Source: Podospora anserina
Taxonomy: Eukaryota
Assembly (NCBI GenBank): GCA_017654855.1
Contig: CM030334.1
Location: forward strand, 1,984,001 to 2,048,000
Direction of reading: 5' to 3'
DNA: 64,000 nucleotides
Part shown: positions 11,105 through 24,418 of the stretch, piece by piece
Layout: every line of letters begins with the position of its first letter
Position numbering within the stretch: position 1 is the first letter of the stretch
Made by a program: the position numbers and the translations under genes
The notes under the pieces: model-generated
Seen by the model: only the letters and a program-made list of their open reading frames with translations
Databases searched by the model: none
Told to the model about the DNA's origin: nothing

Positions 11105-12149
11105 AGGTCCTCCCTTGATATCTCTCCAAGACTTTGACACAAAGCCTCCATCCAACTTGAATGATGAGGACTTGCATTCGGACCAAGCAATCCCCAAAGC
11201 AGACGGAGTATTTACCTCTACAGCAATTTCCCTCGCCCTTCGAAAGACACTCCCAGTACGCCTCGCCATTGTCAAATTTCTCAATGATTGGTCTTCACCA
11301 GGCGATTACCCAACCGCTTTGAAGCTTGATTCTGATTTCAGAGCAGCATACACACTTCTGGCCAAGTTCCTATCGCACGTTTCCCACTCCAGCAATGCGC
11401 CACTCACAAACGTGAACCGCGAAGCTGTCGTGAACCACATCAATCTCCTGCTTAGACGCCACCTTCTCGCCCTCCATCTACCTTTCTTTCTCCCCTCTCT
11501 ATCCAGACCAGAGTTTGCTTTTTCCCGGGTGGTTGTAGTAGATACAGCACACCGTATCTGGCGAGGTGTCTTTTCTACTTCAGATATTGGCGCAAGCAAT
11601 GTCGCCAAATCATCCGCTTGTTTTCGGACCGTTTCCATGCAAGTTATCATCGTTCTGTCAACTCATCTTCGAGCGCAAGCTGCCGACCCAATTTCCGGGG
11701 GCATGGTTAGAGAAGACTTGGTGGCGATACTTGAGGAGGCAAAACAGTGGACGTGGAGGTGTATTGAAGGAAGGGAGACGAATGTTAAGGGGTATCTGTT
11801 CGCTTGTTTAGTGAAGGCTAATGTGGATGCTATGAGGGAAGGCTTGACCGAGCCTGAGGTGGTGAAAAGAAGTCTTGAGGCGGCAGAAGAGGCTATTCGC
11901 AAGGCCCGAGAGGTATTGAAAGAACGATTGCGAGCCTTGACGAACATGGAGCCATCGTGCGGGGCCGCAACGGTGTTGGGGAATCAAGGTGAGACTGTTG
12001 ATATATGTGACGGTAACAATGAATGGGAGCAGCTTCAAGAGACCTTTGACTTTTTCGGGGGCAGTGATGATTTACAAGGTGGAACGGGGATGATGTTGGC
12101 GGATGGGGATAATTGGTTTCTAGATTTTGGAAACGGGCTTCTTGTTTGA
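11105..12149 (+). pseudogene. Zn2Cys6 transcription factor, 3' half
   Basis: Removing the element and one TSD copy rejoins SLNSGG|PPLISLQDFDTKPPSNLNDEDL, a typical Fungal_trans continuation; open to stop at 12149. Confidence 0.9.
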
Positions 12150-12644
12150 TATTATGCTTCTATGGATGACCTCCGAGTCAACATGCCTTGGGTCCCGAGG
12201 GGGTGGTAACTGCCCGTGGGAATTGTTGCGGAGCGGGTAGCTCCGGAGATGACGTTGATGAGGGGTCAGGTGCGGGACGGCCGGTGATATCATCCCGTGA
12301 GACCCTTCCCAAACACATGTCCTAAAAGAATTGATGCCACTGCAAAACAAACAGCGCGTTCCCGAGCTCAGCGAAAGAGATGTTTCAGTGATCAGTGACG
12401 GCAACCAGTCAAACTGAGCGCTGGCCCATGTGATTTCCCTTGTCAGTGCTGCCTGCCGCCATCACCTCGGGCTGCCAGCTGGTTGGGCACCTGCGCCAGC
12501 GCACCTCCGCGAGCCCAACGTCATGGATCCGACTCACACTCAACAAGCGAATGTCGCAATAAAACAGCACTCACTCCGCAATGATTCTCCGTTCTGAAAG
12601 CAACTTTGATAACCGCCCCATCGTACATTTCCCGTCTCGTCGCA

Positions 12645-13946
12645 ATGCTGCTGAATCCAATCCACCTCAATCACTTTCACCAGCCCTCCCCACCACCTCC
12701 ACCACGGCAACATGTCGAGGAAGTGGACCCCTTCGAGGCCCTCTACAACTCCCTTTCCAACCTCACCCTGACCCCCACCACTCTCATCCCCAGAGCCCCA
12801 GCAGCCGTCAGCAAACCTATCGCTCCAGCGCCAGTACCACAACCTCAACCAGCCATTGTAGATAAGCAACAAGATGAGCAACGGATTCCTGTCAACCTCA
12901 TCTTTCCCCCAGGAGACAACGTCATATTTGCACACTCTTCATACTTTACCCGTCCCAAATATGCATTCCAACCGGACCTTCCCAGCGTGCCCCAGGTGCG
13001 GGGACAAGCTATCCTCTCACATGGATCTCTGCCATTACCATCACCATACTACCTCCCCGCGCCACAAGCAGGACTGCTGGTCAAGTATGGCGCAGACACC
13101 GCGGTTACCTCGACTGAAGCCAAGACATTAATGACCCTCAAACGGTACCTCAGCGACAAGGTCCCCGTCCCCGAAGTCTTTGGCTGGCGACGGGACATCG
13201 GAACTGGGGAGCGAGTCCTCTACCTCTCTCTGCCATCAGAGGAAGTAACACTCGAGCAACAATGGCCATATCTATCCGACGCCCAGAAAGAGCACGTCTG
13301 TCTTCAGATCAAGGATATGGTTAAATCATGGCGTCGTCTCCAGCCAGGAGGAGTCGAGGTAGTGGGTGAGTTCCCCTCCCCCGTTTTTTGACCAACAGCA
13401 ACTGACCCCCGGGAAGCAAGCATAGACAACACCCCTCTCAAAGACGAAATCTTCCAATTTCCCTCCTCCCCAGGCCTCAAAATCCCCGCCCCAGGGCCCT
13501 TCCCCAACGTCTCCAACTTCCACAGCTACTTCGTGGCCACAGCCGTGGCCCTCTCCCAAACCAAGCAAAAAGATGATACCCCCGCCAAGATCAATTACCA
13601 ACCTCATCATCTCTTCCCCAACAACGTCCCCATTGTCTTAACGCACGGTGCTCTCCACCCAAGAAACATCATCATCTCTATGAACGAACAGAACCAGCCA
13701 ACGGTGACGAGTGTGATTGGCTGGGAGCAAGCAGGCTGGTATCCCGCCTACTGGGAGCTATGCAAGGCAAGATATGAGTGCTCCAAGCCAAAAGAGGAGA
13801 ACATGTCGTTGACAGATTGGGAGAGCAAGTACTTGCCTGCGATTGTCAACTTGGATGGGTTCGGGATGGAAGAGCAGGGGTGGAATGGGAGGGCGCTGTG
13901 CCAGTATTGGGACTATTTTGTTGGGTTGATGCATCGGTGGCAGTGA
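12645..13946 (+). CDS. Aminoglycoside-phosphotransferase (APH)-like / kinase-like protein, probably a pseudokinase
   Basis: Motifs LLVKYG, EAKTL, VPVPEVFGW, VLTHGALHPRNIII, VIGWEQAGWYP.YWE. Predicted intron 13366-13416. The HGDL and IDW aspartates are replaced (HGAL, IGW). Start codon uncertain. Confidence 0.8.
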
Positions 13947-14974
13947 AAAGGGTTCATTTTTGTTGTATTGTATCTATCCGCCATGAGTAGGGACCGGAAG
14001 GCATGCCACGGAAGAAAAGCTGGTGACGTTAAAACACGCGAGATTACATTGTTAAATATACCAGCCTCATGTGTCATGAAGGAGGTTTCGTGTATGTATC
14101 TGAACATGAACAAGAGGCATCAAAACATTGTTGACCCGACCTCCAAAAATGAACCAGTCCTCTTCAACTGGTGAGGGCACTCCTTTACCATATCTGCCTG
14201 TCTTAAATAAGCTGTGATCGCCAAACTTGACCTCCTCCCCCCCGGCACAAGGTGTACCAGGTAGGAGGACAGGGAGCTACGAAGGGGCCGTCTCGTTTTC
14301 AGAGTTGCGAAACCCTGCGTCATACAAATGGAGACTGCCCTGCTTCATGAGAATACAAACCCTAAAGGATAGCAAATATGGCCTTTAAGATGATCCAACA
14401 GCCCATCAAAGAGAGTCAGGAGGCCTGTTACTACAAAAATCACCATTTCGTCGAAGAATCAACGCCGCCGACGACGACGAAAAATCGAATATAACACCTC
14501 GCGCGGTGGGCTATCGGCATCAAAAGATGGCCCTGGGAAGGACCGCGAGCACGAGTGATGTTACGCGCATATTTTCGCATACGCGCGCACCGAACACCAT
14601 GGCAACCGATGCAGCCAACGCCATCGAGCATCTCGAGCCGGCAGCTTTTCCATTCACCGGCACCACGGCCTGCCCTCGCGGGGGGGGGGGCATACGTGGC
14701 GAGACCATCATACGAATACACATACACTACACAGGCGCAAGAATGGGTATAGGCCAGGCTGGAGGCCTGGGACCGGAGCCAGGCCCGGTGAACAGAGGGA
14801 CATCTACGCCTTCAACCAACTGCCACCGCGACGACGCACAGGTTTGGGAGTGGTGATATATGTGGGCACATGGCCCTGGGTGTTGGACGACATCATGTAT
14901 ATACAGTATAGCCACCACGGCCCTAACCTATCTTCAGATAGTATGTACGTGCCCGGCAACCCGGGCGGGCCAAT

Positions 14975-14977
<3 letters not shown>

Positions 14978-15005
<28 letters not shown>
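14978..15005. repeat. (AC)14 microsatellite
   Basis: Direct read. Confidence 0.95.
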
Positions 15006-15008
<3 letters not shown>

Positions 15009-15707
15009 GACAGTCTAGGGCGGTTCGATTCTCTTTCCAGCCCTTCAACAAGAGGCCCGAGACCTCACCATCACGATAGTCGAGGGCGCTGTTCCTCTAT
15101 TTGAAGGCATCTGAAATAATCAAGAGAATTTAATAAAAATAGTAGAAAGCATTATAACTGTCTTTCACAGCCTTTCAGGAGAGTCGCACAAGGCCTTTTA
15201 AGATGCTCGAGGGGCCTCACCAAGATATTCAAAGGTGTTGTTATGCTCCTCTGAAGCCTTCATCTTATTTGTGTGTGTTCGCCATGGACTGGGCTTGACA
15301 GTGAAGTGTACATGATACCCATCTATCCACCCATTGCAGAAAAGAAAAAAAAAATCGAAAAAGAAAAGAGAAGTCCGCTGATGTAACCGCCATTACGTGT
15401 CCTTCATCGTTCTGAAAACTTCCATCGGACGAAATAGATCCTGTGTCAAAGTCCTTTCCAGGCCAGCAGTGGTCCTTCCACCATGGTGGCATTGGGAATT
15501 GAAGGAGGCGAATAGACTTGGAAATCCTCTCGTCCAACTTGATTTCCTTCTCACACGAGAGCCCCCCAGAGAATCCGCAATCCGCACCGTGTAGAATTGG
15601 TTGCTTTTGTTGCCGTCAGGATGGGGAGCTGCCCAAAAAGGCTCTGGACTTTTGGTTGCGTCTGAACGTACTGGGCTTGGAAGTGTACTCGGGATAACGG
15701 GCTCAGA

Positions 15708-16484
15708 TCATTTTCTGCCGCATTCGCAATCATCGTTCAGAGTGGCAGGGAGGTTGTTGTTTTGAAAGATGACGTAGATACCATCTGAGCGGACCGGGAC
15801 CGGGTTGGTAGGGAGGAACTGCTGCTGATGACCAGAAGGAATCTTTCTGAAATCCTTCCAATCCCGTTTGACTCGCACGTCGACGGTGAAGCCAGTTGGG
15901 TGCCGGCTCAGGGGGGGGGTGGCGTTGCCGTCAACGGTTCCGGATTCTGGGCGACGAGCATACCATAAGGGGCTGAGTTAGAAGAAGGGCATCACGAGGT
16001 GGGGTCTTTCGGCGACGAGGCGGAGCATGTGGTAGTTGACCTATCGGCTGCGGGGCGGGCATGGTGCGTATAGGCCGTGGGGCGGGGGGGTGGGAGGTAT
16101 GATATGTGGGCAATAGGGGACTTCGTCCGTTGGAGTGAGTGACCAGGGGCTCGTGGTGAATTGGTAAACGTTTTGGGTGTCATGGCCGATAGGATGGTAA
16201 AAAGGCTTGCGGAGAAGAGCCATGGAACCATGATAGAGGCTAATGAATTCGTGCTCGATGAGGTCTATTTTACTGGACATGAGGCGGGCGGCGGAAACAC
16301 CGACTTCTTGTAGGCGCCCAGACTCCCATTTGCGGAGTTCGTCGGGCGGGATTTCAGAGAGGCTCCAAATCTCCGATGTTGACGCTGCGACCCAGGAAGA
16401 GATTGGCGGCAAGCTCCGTAATGTTGCGGGGCCGAATGTATAACGATGAGTACGATGTTCGGAGCTCAGGACAAACTTCTCCAT
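15708..16484 (-). pseudogene. Possible degenerate ORF of unknown family
   Basis: 147-aa ATG ORF whose frame continues with protein-like sequence past TAG 16041 and TAA about 15978 to TGA about 15708. Confidence 0.35.
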
Positions 16485-17362
16485 GTTGTTCTTCTAGTAA
16501 TTCAGTAAGATGTCGACGAGGTGGAAGAACACCTACACATCTAAGGGACGTTGAAAAAACCATCACGGCTTAAGTGTCGACCGGGAGTTCCTGGCCCCCA
16601 CTCTGGCTTATGGAGGAAAGAATCACTCGGATGCTCTGGGGTAATAATGGTAAGGTAAGATCAGCTGGCCAGTTGGGTCACTTGCCGGCCATCGATAGGG
16701 AAGTGCACTGGAGATTACGTAGACTCGGGAACGAAGTACAGGCTTAACCTTTCGCGCCCGCCTCGACAAACTGAGCCGCACACTGTTCAAAGATAGCCCT
16801 AAGAAGACGGGGGTAAGGGAGCCTACCAAGGAGCACCGCGAAAATGGAAAGTATATATTTCTCGAGTCGAAACTGAGAGGAAGGTGTATGTAAGAATACG
16901 ACTTGGATCCAGAGTAGGTAGGTTAGAGCTCAATTCAACGGGTTGGGTGGGGGTTAAGAGCGGCAGTCATGGGCGTCGGGGTGCTTTGAACAAGGAGAGG
17001 GCAAGAAATGTTCTTACCAGTTGAAGAGGACTGTTGACCTACGTTTCGAAGCGGCCTTCCTTGATGACTGCCGTCTAATACCTGTTGTTTACTTGATTTT
17101 CAGAGATATAAATGAAACCTCTTGACTAGCTATGTTTGCAGACTTTACAAAAACAATAATCTCGACTATCTCGCAGTAATCACGCAAAGTGCAGCACTAA
17201 GACAAATCATATCCGCGAGTACCCTCTGCTTATTTATCTTCAGATGAATATCCTCTTACCTTCTCCCATCTCAGCATGGTTCGCTGACCTTGTGAACAAT
17301 ACCTAATTAGGCCCACCAGGTGATGATGATGATAGCGTTTATTTCCGCAACCATTATATCAA

Positions 17363-17447
17363 GGGCGTGTGGCGCAATTGGTAGCGCGTTCGCTTTGCAA
17401 TAGCATATTCATGCGAAAGGTCTTGGGTTCGATTCCCAACTCGTCCA
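17363..17447 (+). tRNA. tRNA-Ala(UGC) with 12-nt intron
   Basis: GGGCGTG acceptor arm, D-loop TGGTA, anticodon stem TTCGC/GCGAA with TGC at 17396-17398, intron 17400-17411, GGTTCGATTCC, T-run terminator. Confidence 0.95.
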
Positions 17448-17705
17448 TTTTTAGGATTTTGCTAGCCTGCAAACTGCTAATGTTTTTAGCACAACCTTTT
17501 GTTTGCTCTGGATTCAGATGACACAAACAACCTCAGCAAGTTCTCTGTATTAGTGAGCCACCTCTCTATTTTTTGTAGTGATCAAGCTATTTTGTCCCAT
17601 CCTCTCCCGACATAGGAAAGATGATTCAAACAAGATCAATAAAGCCTTCTCTCCCTCTCGCTCCATTTCAGATCTCTACAAATGCCGTGTCATCCCCTGC
17701 CGCAA

Positions 17706-20131
17706 CTAGATTTCAGGCAATAGCACACGATCTCGAAATGGCTGATAACACCGGTAAATTCCTACCCTGCGGTATTCACCCCGTTGTCGGCCCGTTTGTT
17801 GTAGAATCAACCCAACGAAAAAGTTGCAGCCTTGTTCAAGCATTTCAGGATAATATCCATGAGCAGGTAATGGGTCAGGCCATTCGGCCTCTTTGAGCTC
17901 CAAGAGAAATATGGGATCTGATGGTGGGATTTCCTTAGTCCATTCAACGTCCAAACCACAGCCTAAGATGCATGACGGGTTATGATCGAGTCTATTTATC
18001 ATTGCCCAATGATTTTTCTCCAGTACCTCGTTTTGATTGTGTGAGTCGGACAACAACGATTCAATGGCCTCAATCTCAGGTTCACGTTCAGATTCCCTGA
18101 CGAGTTTTAAGCCGATGCCGTGGTGTCCTGCCTTCGCCGTTGGTGCCGCATAATCACCAACCACAAAGTAGCCTTGACAAGCAAATACAGATTCGCAGCG
18201 TAGCCGCACATTGATATTGGTTGACGGCTCCTGAACATCTTCATAGCCAGGGGGTTGACAGTGATATCATGAAGTTCGGCGCAAGATACGGTGTTGAAAC
18301 TGTCCAAAATATCAGTGGACCAGTCATCCAATCCGCCCGTCGACCGATCGACATATGTTAAATACTGATAAGTTAAAGGTGCTGAAAGAGACGCCTAGGA
18401 CCATCTTGGTGCTGTGGGTGGATTGATTCGTCCTTGACACCTCGACTTGGGGTGCTGGTTCGGTGGTTCTGTTTCAGGGTTCATTCTCGCAAGCTCCAAA
18501 ATACGTCTTTAATGAAATTCTCTTTCCACAAACCGGCAAGGAATTGATCATTTGTAGTACTGACGATATGTTTCGCTAGCCCGGAGATAGCGATGAGTCG
18601 ATCCTTGTCGAAACTTAGGCTTGCCTGAGAAACCTCTGACGCTGGGCCCTGATCGCATTCCCAGTACACTCCGTCATTCGTAAAATGCAGAGTACGACTA
18701 GATAGGTATCTTTCTTGGACAACCCATGCTGTTCCAGCAAGCTTGTTTCTAATGTGCCATCTGTGTTGTCCGAATTTCTCAACTCGACAAATGTTTAGAA
18801 GATGGCGCCCATCGCTTGACATTGTTTGACAGCGCCAGCGTGGGGAGCGCTCGAAAACCTCTGCCATGAGCGCCGACTCTCGGGTCCAGTCAGATGTGCT
18901 ATCTTGGAAAATACACAATGAATCGACCCAAAGATATTCAATCCCAAAGTAATGGGTGATTTCTATGGCATGCCGATATGTCTTTGACAAGGCTTCTGGC
19001 GGAGCCTGCTGGCGGAAGCTGTCGAATGTATCGGTAGTCAGGGCGAGGACTCTCAGGTCGCCCCAGTAATGACTATGCGTTGCATATCTAGCATTTGGGC
19101 GGCCCTCGTCCATCAAACGCAAACGCACCGAATCGCGGAAAACTTCGGCCACTCATATAGGCAAAAAGGGTGTTGCTGAACGAGGTTCTCCGCAAGTGTG
19201 TGACCTGTGGCATGTTTCAAGCCAAAATTTACTCAAGTGTAAGCGTCTCTAGTGCTTGGCGAACAGATTCGGGAGTCATATTCTGGCGCTACATATTAAA
19301 ATCAGTCACGGCTACTTTCCAGAGCCCAAGGTTTATCATACCTCGATAGTCTGTCAACATGGCTTTAACTGTGCACTGAATATATCTTGTGAAATTAACA
19401 TCTTCCATCGGGTGGTGGTCTTGTGCGCCGGTGCGAGTGGGTGTATCCATCATTGAATCGCGGGTTTCTTCGACGCTATGTTGTTTTGCCAACTCAACGT
19501 CGCCAGATGTGTAAGGAATCTCAAGAGTAAGAACTACTTCACTGCCTCCAGTCGACAGTAACTACCACCCAAGGACGCGCTCAGGAATCGTGCCAGGTAC
19601 ATATGATGTGTGGCTCTCAAGGCCATGCCTTGAGAACTGAAAACAGATGTCGCACCCTGCAGCAGATGAGGCCAGAAGCTCCGAAAATGTGTTGTAGTGA
19701 GAGCCTCTACGTTTAACAAACTGCCCCCGGGGGGGAATTTTGAGGGTCGGGATCGAAACAGCGGCCACACTCGTCCACCATAAACTTGCACTTCTCGCAA
19801 ACCGTCGCTAGAGGTCTATACCATGGCGGGTCAATTGTATGTGCAGGCGTGGAATCTGAATTCGATAGAGTGGGAACCGGCGGTGTTCGTAGAATCGGTA
19901 GACTTGTCCGCGCTCATCGTCCTGAAAATAGTCAAGTTCGTCGTTGCCGGGGGGGAGGGGCGTAGCACACTGCGATGATTTCGAATCGTCTGCAGTTTGA
20001 TACCCAACGCTCAAGGCAAGTTGAGGACAGTGCAGTGTTAAGAAGAAAGACTCCCTCCCCAAATTATTCGACACAGGACTGCGACACAAATCACATGCTG
20101 AAGCAGGGTTTTGGAACCTTTCGTAACTCAA
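17706..20131 (-). pseudogene. HET-domain gene, decayed
   Basis: Fragments in several frames: CDLC/CDIC N-terminal Cys pairs, YATHSHYWG, YLWVDSLCIFQD...DW..ES..M, AWVVQERYLS.R.LHF...VYWEC, DRL.AISGLA, FLAGLW, WS*AS (TAG at 18395-18397), EYRRVG. Confidence 0.85.
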
Positions 20132-20561
20132 AAACGAACCATATTATTGCTCTCATCAAACACAGGGTGGGGACTCATGTTGTCATCTTCCACAAGTGAA
20201 ACCGTCACTCATCAAAATCACATCACCAATCTCAAATCAAAAGCCATCGAAATATAAGCCGGCAAAGACATCAGATTCAAAAAACAAATGAAAAACTGCA
20301 AAACCCGCTAGCTAAACTAGATACATCGCTTCGCTTCGCTCAAAAGCCAAAAAAGACCGTACATGTTTCCACCCCTCTCTTCCCTTGCCAGGCCTGAAAA
20401 GCGAGAGAAAGAGTGAGATGAAAAACAGAAAGTATTTCATACAACCCAGCACCAGCAACCCTTCCAGGTTTGCCATCCCGAAGACAGTCCTCCAGAACCC
20501 ATTGCTGTTGTTGCCTTCAGGCGTCCAAATCTGACTGCAGCAGATTATACCATGACCGCAT

Positions 20562-20945
20562 TTACAAGATGCCGCAGGTGAGGACGTTGAGGGTGATGGA
20601 GCCCTGATGAGTAATTATTAGTGATTTATATGTTAAGAGAGTTCCAGGGAGGAATCTTACAGAGGCAGGAGCGTCAACGTTGCAGCACTTGACAACACCG
20701 GAGCAGGTACCGCCAATGACGCCGAGGACGCAGCTAAGGAAGCCGATCGGGATGCCGAGGATGGGGGCGGGGTTGCAGCAGAAGGGCTTCTCGTTGTTGA
20801 CGGAGCACTGGTTGACGGGGGTGCCACTGCCGTCACCGCCGCCAGTGCGGGCAACGACAACATTATTGTTGGCGACGTCAGCTGCGGGGAGAGCAGCGGC
20901 GGTCATGGCGACGGTGAGGATGGTGATGAGGCTGGAGAACTGCAT
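20562..20945 (-). CDS. Class I hydrophobin
   Basis: Signal peptide MQFSSLITILTVAMTAAA; C-X8-CC-X14-C-X8-C-X5-CC-X16-C after removing intron 20604-20660 (gtaag..cag). Confidence 0.92.
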   Translation of the reverse strand: MQFSSLITILTVAMTAAALPAADVANNNVVVARTGGGDGSGTPVNQCSVNNEKPFCCNPAPILGIPIGFLSCVLGVIGGTCSGVVKCCNVDAPASVRFLPGTLLTYKSLIITHQGSITLNVLTCGIL

Positions 20946-23900
20946 TTTGGCGGTGGAAGAGTTGGTTGTTTTGAAAAGCAAGAAAGTGTTCGGTTGTTTG
21001 GAAGGCTGAGTTGGAACTGCTGGAGTAACTGTTGATGTTGATGATGAGAGAAGTTTAATGTCTGATGAAGGGAGAAGAAGGGAGTTTATATAGACATTTA
21101 GAGAGTACGCTTTCAGTCATATCAGCCATGAAAGTCATCCTTATTCAAAAGTGTGCCTCTCATCCAACCCGTCATCCCGGCTTTCTGCTTGCATTCGGAT
21201 GTCTTCCTTGATTGTGATTGCGGGCTTCACCTAGATCAACATTGCATTTTCCTATCTTGAATCTGCAAAATAGCCTCAAGAGTGCTATACCTTGTCGTGT
21301 GGTGAAACCAAGGAGGCGAAGAGTTGGAGTACTGCTTGGCAAACCTTCAGGAAGCAAAGTGTCACGACATCTACAACGCCTACAAGAGCCCCAAGCCTGC
21401 TGCGACCCTACGACAACCAGTCAATGCTACGATGTCCCGTTTCCATGCATGATGACGATCATTGACAGGTTCAGCTAGCCAAACCCGTAATATCATGATG
21501 TAGAACGTGAAGCCGGAGCATACGTCAGTATGTCCGGCGCTTTCTGCTCGAGCTAACTGTCAACAAGAGAAACTCAAAGCTATGCATCATACTGCATCTA
21601 CCAACATATCTCTCCCATTGTCAGTGATAATGTGGCGCGTATGAAAACTCGGTCCGAACGCCAGCGCTGTAAGGGAAATGAGGCCAAGGTGGTTTGGCCG
21701 AACATCGGAAGGAGTGAGCAATGAAAGCCATTGGACTGTACTACTTCTAGTTCTTCATGTACCTACCTAGGAGCAGCCTCGTGAATAACTGTCGAGGCAC
21801 TTGTGTAATCCGATCTCTGCTATGTGAAGAAGATCCGTACAGCTACAGGCTAAAGGTGATTGGACGAACATTAGAGACACAAAGGGGAGATGGTGTCGTG
21901 GCAAAAGGGGTCGAAAATGCGGCCAAGGAGGTTCACGATCATGTACTAGTGTCATGTTGTGTAGCATGAAGCAACATGATCTGATCTTGACGGTGAGCTA
22001 TTGGCAGCAGAAGGTGGTGTCGAGGAGACGGCAGGCAACGGCAACTCCCCGAGGGGATGCAGGAGCATTGGAGTGGACCGACCAACCACAGGCACAGCTA
22101 CGAAAAGCTTTCCATGGTCAGCCCATCCGCAACTTGGTCGGCTGCCAATAGAACCACACCCCAGCACACCGGAAAATGCGGGGGACAAGGAGTGCTGCAT
22201 CGTGCGGACTATTTTGAGAGTGATGTGTTGACTGTAAAACAAATCTCCATGCCACCTAACTGAGACAGTTGTGCACCGTTTTCTGTCTTTCGAAATGCAT
22301 CACCTGCATCCAAAGTACTGGCTGGTCCCCTAAATCAAGGTTGAACGGCCAAGTTGTTGCGGGAAGTCGGTCATTTGTTCACAATAATCAAAGCAGTGCT
22401 CCTCAGCTCTCCACAAAATCAGCTTGTTTCTGTTGAGCTTCTCCCTTGCTTGGAGGACTCAGCTACGCCCGGCCCGGAGCGCTTGCCCCGAGAAAGGTCT
22501 GTGGTGATGTCATCAGGTGGACTTGCCGGCCCAGAGAAAAGTCAATGAAGTGCACGACAGAAGTCCCTGCCTAGGCCAGATGGTTGGGTCGAAGCAACGA
22601 AACCAGAAATGCAAAACCAAGGCTCCTGTTCCGATGGTGTACTACCCGACATCATACCGAGTTGCCGCCTGAAACCATTAAGTGTCATATTTCGAGACTG
22701 TCAGTAATAACCTAGCAAGAACAGAAAACAGCGGGTGGGCGTTTCTCTATGACGCTTTCAGTATCACAGCGGCTGAACAAACTGACAGCTCAGATCATGA
22801 GAACATGGACTACACGAGACCACCCAAAGCACTTTGTTCACCGCCACTACTTTCCAACGGAGTACGACGGCTTTGGAGGCTTGCTTCAGAGCTGAAAACT
22901 CAGAAATGACAACACACATTCAACCACGGCTCGAATCCTATTGACTGGCCTTGACCAAGCCCGAGCGTTTGCATTACCCGGGCCATTGCAACATCGGCAA
23001 CCGAAAAGTTGTCATTGCTCGCTGTCATGCAACACAGCTGTTCATTTTCCGCAGATTGCGCCTCACAATAACAGGATGTTGGCAGATGCTGCAGTCTGCA
23101 GCAGCCGCCTTGTTGCTTCTCTTAATCATCCTCCTTGCTAGCCAACTTTTTCTATTCTCTGACCGTGCCGATCCTTTCTCTATCCAGCATGATCAACACT
23201 CATACACGCTCGTCTTCCCCTTGCTCCAGCCTTAAGCTTATCTCAACCTTCACTACCTTGCAGAAAAGGCCAAGCCGGACAATAAGCGGGAAGGATTTGA
23301 CTGCGAGAAGCGGACTGGGAGTCGCGGGTAGTTCCGTTTTGGCTGACGTTGATGTTGTGGATATCCAATCATGACAATTGGCAGGTTTGGCTTCCAGCTC
23401 TTTCGACTAACCGTCAGGCCACACCTTCATGATGTCTACTGACGCAAAGGTGCCCCAATGCAGCCAGCCCCGAGACCGCTCACCACATGATGCCAACTGT
23501 CGTTCGGTCTCCCGTCCTTCTCACGCCTCGCTTACTACTACTGTCCATGACGGACCGACAGTCGAAAATACTCCGGGCAGATCGACAAGCTGCAGCTTGA
23601 TCCTCTCTCGAATCTCGATATGGTAACCACCCATGATACGGAACGCGTCCCAACGTTTGATTTCTGCGGGCACCCACACCTGGTTAGAGATGATGTCTGA
23701 GACCTTGGAACTTCGCAGGTGGAACAGTTGATCATTAACATTCTTGGGATAGCTGCTGTCGAAGTTCTGGCTCAACGATACAGCAAGGAACTCAACACAC
23801 TTGGACTGGGGCTCTGTCAAGGTTAATGGCAGCAACAAATTTGAAGGAAGCATTGAGGCGTTCCGGCATTTACACCAGGGTTATCCGAGGCCTGCTCCGA

Positions 23901-24418
23901 TCATGATGAAGTCAAATTCTGGGGGTCAACCGGATACCCCCCTCAAGACTAGTTTTTGGGTTGTGGCAATGTTCTCCTGGCTCTCTCTAAATGCATCAAC
24001 CATCAGAGAGACAGGTGGGTTCCCATGGAAAAGCCTATGTTAGGGACTTAGGATTGTTGATATGGACACATGATCACGAATCTCAGCAGCCACGAAGCTC
24101 TCGATCATGGAGCAGAGGATACTCACAGGTGACAGGCTGTTCATGTATCAGACATTGACGCCAGCTATTGTGTCTTGAATCTCAGCCGGATTAGATCCAT
24201 GCTCTCGATGACTGCATCTTCAAGACACATTCATCTAGAGCTGCGCATTTCGAGTCCTCAACTTGTCAATTGTTGGAAGACTTGAGGTAGGTGGAGCCAA
24301 GTCACGATTCAAGCTTGTGGAGCGAAGGAGGCTTCAACACGACAAAAGGTAAGCATATCCTTGGGACTACTTGTGCACTCTCACCATAGCATTTTTCTAA
24401 CATCACAGCATAGGTCAA

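Noticed and set aside
23521..23853. LQLVDLPG resembling a dynamin G3 motif
   Set aside because: No P-loop or other GTPase motif nearby; short non-ATG ORF.
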